A stretch of 62,833 bases of DNA, filler included, from Sluysia triapertura (lineage: Eukaryota): the NCBI GenBank assembly GCA_046118255.1. It is 5 parts of 5 records of this genome, joined end to end, with 100 filler letters (N's around TTAATTAATTAA, not from the genome) between each part and the next. Parts side by side here need not be neighbours in the genome. Positions count along the whole stretch, not along the records: positions 51,641 to 62,833 come from JBJNIA010187645.1; 4 more parts are not named here. One strand, given 5' to 3'. The first letter of the stretch is position 1, and each line of letters begins with the position of its first letter. A model generated the notes under the pieces. It did not search any database, was not told the origin of the DNA, and saw only the letters and a program-made list of their open reading frames with translations. This document shows positions 53,190 to 62,833 of the stretch, one piece after another. The translations under genes were made by a program, and so were the position numbers.

Positions 53190-55243
53190 TAGCCATGAAA
53201 ATTTTTTTCTTCTAAAAGCACGGATTGGTAAGCCTATTTGGAGCATGATAAATTATAATTAGAATTAAAATATTTCACTTTTTCGATAATGGTGTATTAC
53301 TTTTCGACAACCAAATAATTTCACTATTATAATTTTTATAAATTCAGAAAATTTTTAAAATTATTTGACGATGCTGCCTTAAGCAAATAAATAAAATTTG
53401 CATGTAAATAAAATAATTTCAAAATATTTTGTGGAAACTATTAATGGCGGCTATAACCGTAATTTGCTTATTATAACATCATGTTCTGACTTGTTCAAGA
53501 CATTAATATTCGTACAAAGCATGTTCTTATCTGTTAAGTAGAATGTTATGTTTTGTTGTTGATTGGGAGACCTCATTAATACACACTAGTAAACACTGTG
53601 AGTTCATTATGGTCCGTTTTTATTGATGGAAATATTTTTGTAGGCACTTCAGCTACTTATTAAATTTAGAAAAATAGTTTAGCACCTTCTTTCAACTATG
53701 AAAAATCTTTCTTCAATGGGTTGTAGTACTCCGTTTTGTGGTTCTCAATAATTTTATATATTTAAATTGACTAAATATCAGCACTATACAGAAATAGATT
53801 GACTATACTGTAGGAATCATTGATTGAGGCACATATCGAAATGAAAATAAAACACAATTAATTATTTATTCTTAAGTCTCTGAACTTCTCACAGATTTAA
53901 TCGATAAAAATCAATAAATTAACTATTTTAAATTCACAATTATTAATATTAAGAATAAGTTAAGATTTTCCCTGTTGTTTATTATCAGTTTTTGGATTCA
54001 GAAAACATTGTTTTTTACCTGGCTCTACTTTTTTATGTATTTTTACATCTACCTCAATTGAACAATTAATTATTACGTTTTCTAGATCCACAAAAAGAAC
54101 TTGTAGACTATTTTTCTACTTTCAAGACAGTTAGACAGATTCTGAACATTGAACGTTGCAGTTCGGTCTCGGAAAAAGGGACTTCCGGTGAATCAGCAAT
54201 GACAGAAAAGATATCCGAAGAAACTGCTAATTCCATCGTTAATGTTTTGCAGGTAACATTTGTTGAAAAATAATTAATGTAATATGATAAGAACATGCAA
54301 ATCAATAAGTGCCCAATACATACACATCCAACTAATCAACCAATAGTCACTATAAATCTAATGATGAGTGTTCAGAAGAAATTTTGTCGATGATGCCAAA
54401 CTAAACATGTAATGATATCAAGAATTAAATATTACTAAACAACAAAATAATCGCAACAATTGATACATTGGCATTCTTAAAAGATGTGAAGATTGTCGTG
54501 CTAATTGTGATTTTCTAATTAATAAACAAGTACATTTTGTAGAACGATTAGGAAAACTTGCATTCTAAAGACATCCCTCCTAAAGCACGGTTTCGCACTT
54601 AGACGATAAGAAAACACTTTATGTATGTACATATTTCTAAAACATGATGTTTATTCTAAACATTTACAAAATTAAAACATGTATTGTACAACAACCACCT
54701 ATTTATTTATACACACAACATTGTATTAGTTGTTAATCTCGTATAGCACAGTATTTTCTAGGAAACTGTCTACCGTGTTGTAGCTTTAATTGAATTGGTA
54801 AACTTATTTCTACAGGTGATCTTTATAAAATCAAAGTTTTTTGCAAGTTTTGTCTGGTTTGCGTTTGATGGTTCAATCTTAACTCATCTATTTATATGTA
54901 ACTATTTATATGTAAGTAAGAAACTTCATTTATTTTATATAGTAATCTCGAGTACATATTTACATCTGCAATTAAATATCTTGACTTGTTGAAAAGATCC
55001 TACAATGGACAAGGCGTAGCAGCTTTTTCGATTTTTTAACTCATCGGGTACATTGTAAAATCAATTGGACTTGATGTTACATCTTCATGGATTATAATTT
55101 ATAATATTTTCTATTATTGTTTATTGCGCATAGTCTAATTTCCATCTTCAGTTTGAATCCATCTTGTTATAGTGCCTGAAGCAGATATACAAAAAAACAT
55201 TAATAGTAATGATGGAAATAATTTAAAAATTGCAAAGTGCATG
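53190..55243 (-). pseudogene. Heavily decayed TTC17-like TPR-protein relic
   Basis: MHFAIFKLFPSLLLMFFCISASGTITRWIQTEDGN* (signal peptide plus a match to the TTC17 N-terminal THWVVTEDGK). Downstream fragments NRWLLYNT and QIGLPIRAFRRKKFSWLFYIL resemble TTC17 SWVLYN blocks. Many stops. Confidence 0.3.
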
Positions 55244-55649
55244 GTGAACTCGTTCCAATTTCATATTTTTATTTTGTTGCAACACAGTAGAAATTGATTG
55301 TTTCTTTTGAAATTAGTCATAATTAATTAATACAGAATTCCTCCTAACTGTGAATTGGAAAAATGTGGGGTTAACAGGAGTTTTTTTAGTAAGAAAATCA
55401 AATGAACATTTTATTTTTTTATCATCAAATTGTGTAGTGTGCAAATATTTTTATTATTCAAGACTTCTGAGACTTGATTCAGTACTTCAATAGCTTTAAA
55501 ATCAAACATGTCGTGCTGGTCGAAGTATTTTTCATTAATGGAATAGCAGAATAACATTCATTTCTAGAAACACTTATAACGTCATTATTTGATGATTCTT
55601 TATATTTGACACAACATTTTCATTTTAATCTATTAAATTATATTGCGGT

Positions 55650-56145
55650 CGTATCTACTGCGAAGTACTCAAAAGCCCTTAAAATAAATCATTCACTATA
55701 ATATTTTTGGAACAGAAACAACTTTGCTTTTTTTTAAATATTTCATAATCTTCCAGTAATTCTCTGGTAGTACTGGTTGTGTATTTTTGAAACATAAACG
55801 GTATACCACCTATCATGTAGCTTATTATCATTGTGGATTCTGTGTAGATTATTATTATGTATCAATGAAATATTCATCTTGTTTTCCAATTTTTTATTAT
55901 TTCTAAGATATTCAGAACTTCCATAATGTAAGCATTTGTAAATTACTGTCATGATTTTGAATTCTATTTTTTATTTTATTGGCAGCCTCAATATAAGGTG
56001 TTACATGAGATCTTCCCACTTGGAGAATTAGTCTTGCTGCTTTATTAATTACTAATTGTAGTTTTTTCACTTTTCTCTGTGAAATTAAGTACAATAAATC
56101 ATTGTCAAAATCTATGTTGTTAGTTATTAATGAATGAAGTTTCAT
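55650..56145 (-). mobile_element. L2-clade LINE 3' fragment, decayed
   Basis: LHSLITNNIDF..KVKKLQLVINKAARLIL..RSHVTP..RIEFKIMTVIYKCLHYGSSEYL matches the L2 ORF2 C-terminus (KLQLVQNAAARLL..HITP..RIxFKxLxxxYKxLHG..PxYL). Same family as 25014-25690. Confidence 0.8.
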
Positions 56146-58049
56146 AAAATAAATTTTATAACTTTATTTAAGTACAAAATAAATTTATTTTAGTGACGTT
56201 TCTTTGAAGATTTTGTACCTCATTTGTATTACTGATTCTTTTTGTGGAACTTACATTTTATTAGGGTATTCCAGACTTGCATTGTGATGCTTCATTTAGA
56301 AAAACGTTGCAGCAAGAGAAATAATAATTTCAAATGAAAAATATAATGTTTTTTAAATCAAAATTTTTTGAATTCATAAATTTATTAAATCCACTTTAAA
56401 TGAAAGCATATCAATTTGATTGGAAAACTCAAAATTTCATCCTTAAAAAATTATTTTAATCCACTTTAACTGAAAAACATCCGCAATGATTGAAAATTTA
56501 ACCTTAATTTGATATTCTAATGCATTTCAATTGAAAAACCCTATCAAAAATCGCCTTACGATAAAAAAGTTCAATTGAAAATTATATTGGTCTTATTAAA
56601 CAATTGACACTAAAATATTGTTTTATTCATTTAACAGTTCCAAGGTGTCGTGTTCGTACTTCTTACTCTTAATTCTTAAATCTGTAATTGATGCTTTTTA
56701 GAAAAATGGAAATAAAATTGCTGTTTCTAAAAATTAATTAATATAATATTATAGGATTTATCTAACGCATCAACATTACCGTATACAAATTCGACTAATC
56801 AGAAACAGATTCAAAACACCGAAACTTCCGTCGATTCCAATAACAATAATACTAGACAGTCTTGTGCAGAAACTAATTCGGATACATTTCAAAATATTTT
56901 GAAAAGTCAGAAGATGCGCGAAATATATACTCTAATTATTGCACCTGGCAAACTTAATGTACCCGCTATTAAACTACCACTTACAGCTCAGAGTCAGGTT
57001 TCTTTGAAGAGAACTGGGTTGCACACAGTGTACGGTCAACATCACGGTTATCAGCAGTCGAGTTCCACTGTGTCGTGCATAGCTACAAGCCGCAAACGAC
57101 TAAGGAAGGAATGAACCACTCATTTAATATACTTGAGAGTGGAGGGTGCAAATAGCAAAGATTGCTACTTGCAAACGAGGCCAAAGTAGACCAACTTATT
57201 ACTATGGATTGTTGAACAATTTATTTTTTACACTGTATTTGTTATACTGATTACCGTTGTCCATAATTTATTTAGTCAGATTCAGCTATCTCGTACACTT
57301 TTATTCAGATGCATATTTTTATAGGTACCACTTATTTCTATCAGTTATCACTAGAGTAAGATTTTGTATTGTTTTGAAATAATCATTTATCGAACATCCT
57401 TTCCTTTATCGCTCATTTTTACTACCCATTTTGTAAATTCATAATTTATTTCAATTTCACTAATCTTTAATTTGTTTCGATATACTATTTTTGTGTTTTC
57501 ATCGATTTGAAGGTTTGAGATAACATGTCTTGTTGTGTTAACTTTGTACATTTTACTTCATTTTAATTATTTATATTGTCGCTTCATGTTCATCATTATT
57601 ATTATTATTTTATTTGAGAGGTTATATAACTATTTTTGTGTCATATTTTCCATTATACAACAATTTGATGTTTTATTATGTGTTTCTCAGTGTTTATGTG
57701 AATTATCTGTTAGCAGTTTGTTTTAGAAACTTGTTGATAAAACATCGTTTTACCCGGTTATTCACTGTATTTCCTTGAATACTTTGTATGTTTATATGGT
57801 ACATTTTATTATATATTTTGTTGGTTATGCAATTGAAAAAACTGAAGGATATATATATATATTCATAACACAAATAAAGGTTCCATTAGAACACTAATTT
57901 AAACAGCAATCGAACTTAATTTGACGACTTTATAACAGCATTTAAGACTATTGACGGACAAAAACCCAAATCTTTTACCGATTTGTTCATATATTCATTT
58001 CCGAATGTCTGCGAATAATACAATTTTCAATTACAATCAGTTAACTTAC

Positions 58050-59068
58050 CTTCGGCGGTGGCACGCCCGAGCTGAACTGGAGCAAATTAGGGTCAACATT
58101 CATTTCTTGTGCACACACTTGGACCACTTTAGACAGAGGATCCGATACTTGGAAAGTGGCCCTAATTGGAGGTCCATCTGAACGTCTAATATAGAAAAAT
58201 GTTAATAAGCAAAATGAAGTCAAACCTAATTTGAATTTTGCAAGTATCATAATTAACTGATTCGTGTTCTACTTTCTTTGCCGGAGACTTATTGACACCT
58301 TCCCCAGACTCTTTTATTTCTACTTCATCGGCAGATTTCCTCGCTTTTCGATCTCTTGCAATATCCTCGCGCAACTTCTGTCGATATGCTCTATCCTCTT
58401 CCTTCTCACGGCGTTTCATTTCTGCTAAGCGTTTGATTTCGTCACTTTCGAATTTTGATTTAGCATCATTTATTTCTCGTCCCATTTTTCTTCGATTTCG
58501 TTCACGCTCAACTGCTTCTTTCTTTTCTTGACCTTCTCTTTCTAATTTCTTTTTCTTTAATATTTCTTGCATTTTTTCCAATTGAATTTGGCGCTCTCCT
58601 TCTGTCAGTGGTTTAGTTTCTTCAGTACTTTCAGAGAACTGTGTATGACCTGTAGAACTAGCATGATTTTGAGCATCGAAGCTGGTTTTTAACAATTTGC
58701 CACATCTATATGATTCATATTCTAATTTTAAAAAATAAACTCATTGCATTTCAAAGATTTTGCTGTCGGAACTGTATTATCATCATCAGCACTTGCCTTT
58801 GCGTTAAGTTGATCTGAAACATTGATTTTATTACTTTCAATTAACTCCTCGGTTGTTTTATCAGCATTATTTAATAACCTAAAATAACGAATATACTGAA
58901 ACTAAAACATTTACCAATCCAATGCAGGTTCCAAGCCTGAATTTGCAGTTTCCATCAGTGCTTTATCTCTAAACAATAAAATTAATCTTATATTTAATAC
59001 AAGAATTGAGTTTACATTCTAATTTCATCAAATCCCATCGATTTGAGTACTTCCCGATCTGATGACAT
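58050..59068 (-). CDS. UBXN1: UBX domain-containing protein 1 (UBA + C2H2 finger + coiled coil + UBX), last exon not found
   Basis: Exons 59068-59016, 58968-58915, 58878-58741, 58705-58226, 58185-58050 (GT-AG introns of 47, 36, 35 and 40 nt). MSSDREVLKSMGFDEIRIDKALMETANSGLEPALDWLL (UBA); KSLKCNECGKLLKT..AQNHASSTGHTQFSESTEETKPLT; RREKEED..RQKLREDIARDR; CKIQIRRSDG..RATF..PP (UBX). gtaagt donor after 58050. Confidence 0.92.
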
Positions 59069-60487
59069 GCTAACAATAAATCAATCACGACCAAATAAAA
59101 TATTAAATATTTTTAATTTAGGATATCTATAAAGAATAATATTTTATTTCGTTATTTAAATATTATATAATAAAAAACATTAATTTTGTCGCCTTGAAAA
59201 ACATTAAAACAAAATTGATTCTAAGAATTCTTATTAAAATAAATTATCTTTATTAAAATGAAAAACGCAAGTTTATTAAATTCATGTATGATTTTAAAAT
59301 ATATGAAATTTTTATTACGAAAAATACTATTTCTTATTAATCGAGATAAATATTAATATTTATTTTGCTTATACCTTCTTTTAAACCTACAAGCGTAATA
59401 TGTATCTTTACATGTTTAGGTAACAATTCATAAAGTTCAGTGGTTGAATCTTTAACTTTTATTAATGAAGTCTTTTCTCATTAAAATTACGAGTCTGCGA
59501 TTCTTTTGAAACAAATTTTGTGAGTTACTACAGTCTGTAATATAATATTAGAGTTAATTACGATAAATGAGAACAACTTAGCAATATCCGCTTAATAACT
59601 TTTAATAAATCAATGAGAAATTAAAACAGTAATTAAGAGTTTTGACAAATAAGTAGTAATCACACAATTACAAGATATTTACGTAAAAATACACTATTAA
59701 TTGTAATGGGAACATGTACTTTAATGTTGTTTAAAGTATCCATGAAAAAAATAATAAGCCTTGTAATCAATTAAAAAAATATTTATACTAATTGATTGTA
59801 AGGTTTTTTAATTGATTTCAAAATTTAGGGAATAGATCGAAAAACCTTATATTATGGTTATTATATTGTTTATTATTATGAGGCATGCAATTACAAATCG
59901 ATAAGGCAATACAATCTTTAATTAATTTAAAATGTGGATGAAATAAAAAATTTTCTATCTGATGCTGTATTTTCTAATCAGTGAAAAATATTTTGTGTCA
60001 TATATGAAATGTGGTATAAAGGTTCAGCAATCACTAATGAATCAGAATTAATTCTTTTAAATAAAGGTTTGTCTTATTTAAAAATGCGATTCTCCATGAG
60101 ACGTCCATTGTCAACCAGTGTTCTACTAAAGTATACACCTATATGTTTGTTCTAAATGATACATATGAAAACATCTAGAATAACATTATATTTTAAACAT
60201 CAAAAATAGCTTGGTCTTTCCAAAGACATTTAGGAACTTTGAAAGCAAAAATTTTAAGCTTTGAAACATCTTTCAAAATCTTCGAAAACTTTTAAGGCTT
60301 TCAGATTTTTTAAGGTTATTAGAGAATCTAGAATATTAAAAAATCTTTTGGACAATTTATGGAAACAGTAAAATACTTAAAATGCTTAAAATATTTAAAA
60401 TATTAATAATAAAAAATGTTGGGATAAAAAGGTCTAAAAAGTGCCAAGTAGTATAATTGAATATATTGAAAATGAAAAAGTTAGACG

Positions 60488-60560
60488 GGGCTGATAGCTC
60501 AGTGGTAGGGCAGTCGGACTGCGCAGACGATGGTCCCGGGTTCGATCCCCGATCAGTCCA
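60488..60560 (+). tRNA. Atypical tRNA-Ala-like gene or tRNA pseudogene with a distorted anticodon arm
   Basis: GGGCTGA/TCAGTCC acceptor stem with G3:U70 and discriminator A; D arm GCTC-AGTGGTA-GGGC; T loop TTCGATC; intact A/B boxes; TTTT immediately 3'. The anticodon arm GTCGGACTGCGCAGACGA does not form a canonical 5-bp stem with a 7-nt loop. Confidence 0.75.
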
Positions 60561-62833
60561 TTTTACGAAGTCTAACAGTACTTTTCTAAATTAAGTTAAT
60601 TAAGATTTTAATTCATTTTTAGACTTAATAATAATTTATGTTTAAAGGCTTTATTAGGGGTTTTAGGCGTCATCAGTCTGATTCCTTTTTCCATCTCTTT
60701 ATGTTAATTACTACCGTATCAAATTTATCTTAAATATTAGTAACAATGATTTTTTTCTCACATTTTAAGGATTTCAACTACTCAATAAGGTTCGTAAAAA
60801 TTTTAAATGTTTATCAAGGTTTTAAGATTACTTAAAGTCAGTAGGTTTTAAATGATCTCAATGTTCAAAAGTTCACCGATACCTTAATGCTTCTAAAGAT
60901 TTTCCAAACCCATCTCAGGCCTTCATGAAGTCTAAACATCTTTGGGACACTTAGTTATTCTTCAGCTGTCAGTATTGCTCTAGATTTTTCATTTTCATAA
61001 TTCTTACTCCAACGATGTTTATAATTTCTGTATATTAAGCCTGACTTACGCGTCAGTAAGGCTGTAGGATTTATGAAGAAACTAATAGATTAATGCAGTG
61101 GAGATCAATTGTGAAATATGGTTTATTAACCTTTCAAGTTAGTCTCAATTGTTATAATAAGAAAGCTTAAAAATCATGATTCAAAGTCCGCTTTAGAGAT
61201 AGATTGGCTTAGGCTATGGTTTTACTTAAAAAACCTAACTTGCAAAATAAGAAAGTTCTGGAGGTGAATTCGCCTAATATATACGACTTAAATCTGGACG
61301 AAAGTGGTCTATTAGGACTTTAAAATTAGACATATAATAATTAAACTTAAAGTCAAGTAGTAATCTGTCACGTAATCTTCAATTTAGAAACTTTCGAAAC
61401 TTCCGAATGCATCTATTCTTAAATTAACGCTTTAAAAATCGATCGCTTATACATTTAATTTTAAATATTTTGAGTTAGCTTTTTACGGTCTAGCAAGAAA
61501 ACAATGATTTTAGATAATTAAAAACGAATAAAATCCTTAAAGTATATTAAGTGACAATGTTCAAATTTATACAAGGTGATTCTACTCAAATATAATATTT
61601 AAAAAAACTATTCAGCCGGATATTTATATAATTTTAGATGAATGTTGAGCTAGCCTTAATACGGTCTAGCGTCAAAATTGAGTGATACTGAGTGGATTTT
61701 AGGTCCTTCGTTTTTACGGTATGGACTTTAAACTTATAAAAATAAACTTAAATTCATGGAATTGAAAAAGAAATTGTCCGAATTTTTCCAACAAAATTTG
61801 TTACTGCATTTTTGATTACAAAATTGTTCTTACTTATATGTAATTTTTTGAAGCCATAATGTATATTTAATTATTTTATTTAATAAAACAATTGATTAAA
61901 TCTCATAATTGAATATTTTTTTAACCTTAAAACTTTATATATTTTATATTAAATTTAATATTACAAAAATTTTATTCTATTTGATTTAAGTGCTTTTTAA
62001 TATTAATTTTGAAGTTTTTATATTATTAAAATAAAAATAATATTTCCACAAAATATTTAATAATAAAAATTTTCTATAAACAATACAACTTTATCTCTAT
62101 AATTCAACACTTATTTTAAACCTTATAATTGTATGGAATTAGGTTTCCGCTGATTTTTCTTAGGTTTTATTTAAACAAAACTTATATAAAAATGGAATTT
62201 TAGAATATAATTAAGAATTTAATATTAATAATTTTAATGAAATTTATAGCTACGTAATTTATAATAATTTATTTCTGATCTATCATAAGAAGATCAAATA
62301 AAAAATGATTCGATAAAAATCGTTGATAATTGTTATAATTTATTAAATCAAACTTTAATAATATGAACGTTGATACTGTATGAATTATTACAATAAAAAT
62401 GTTATAGAGTAGTTAAAGTTAATAGTAATAAAGTTAATAGTTAATAAAGTTAATAGTAAATTGTTTAAAAAAATAGTTTAAAAAATTAAATTGTTCTTTG
62501 CACTTAGACCGTAACTGGCTAAGTTAATATCCATCTAAAATTATTACACTAAATCTTCAGATTTAAGTGTTAAATTTTATATTATTATCATAATTTGTTT
62601 TCTACTTTACTCATCTTTATCAAATTTTAATACATCTTGAGTATGATTCCATTTATTTATTAATGAATAAATTTAATATAAGATGTTGAAATAGTTTTAT
62701 TGAAAGATGTTTATAAAACAATAATCATTAATAAAAGCTCTTTTATCGGTTAGAAAATAAAATTTTTAATAATATAATTACCAAATTACTAAAATCTTTA
62801 ATATAAAAATGGGTCTTAAGGACCCTTACTTTA

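Noticed and set aside
57951-58531. Plus-strand ORFs 57951..58181 and 58292..58531
   Set aside because: Antisense shadows of UBXN1 exons.
59400-60150. Possible LINE RT relic (IAEPLYHI, KHIGVYFS) on the minus strand
   Set aside because: Motifs too short and disrupted to support a call.

Overview
This is eukaryotic (animal) DNA, not prokaryotic: very AT-rich, with ATT/AAT microsatellites and GT-AG introns as short as 32-50 nt. It consists of five contigs (1-10938, 11039-22275, 22376-37644, 37745-51540, 51641-62833) joined by an artificial 100-nt spacer (44 N + TTAATTAATTAA + 44 N), so adjacency across the gaps means nothing. Host genes, all partial: one SMAD1/5/8 (Mad) exon, a TSP1 + trypsin-family serine protease (4 exons), CEP295 (5 exons), the last exon of PRIM1, and UBXN1 (5 exons). 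There is also an atypical tRNA-Ala-like gene. The remainder is mostly decayed transposons (a Buster/SPIN-type hAT with TIRs and TSD, Tigger and pogo remnants, piggyBac-type MITEs, L2 LINE fragments), decayed gene fragments (DDX31-like helicase, small GTPase, TTC17-like, RING-like, a repeat + CCCH ORF) and an unclassified strand-skewed repeat family with a covarying hairpin. The most striking unexplained signal is a ~480-nt multi-stem region at 44753-45240. Its six A-C mismatches on the plus strand all become G-U pairs on the minus strand. On that strand it has a CUAACCCU telomere-template motif near the 5' end and an H/ACA-like 3' end, and it probably lies in a PRIM1 intron on the same strand. 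It is a candidate intronic telomerase RNA or other novel structured ncRNA. All protein assignments come from manual translation and motif recall; no searches were run.
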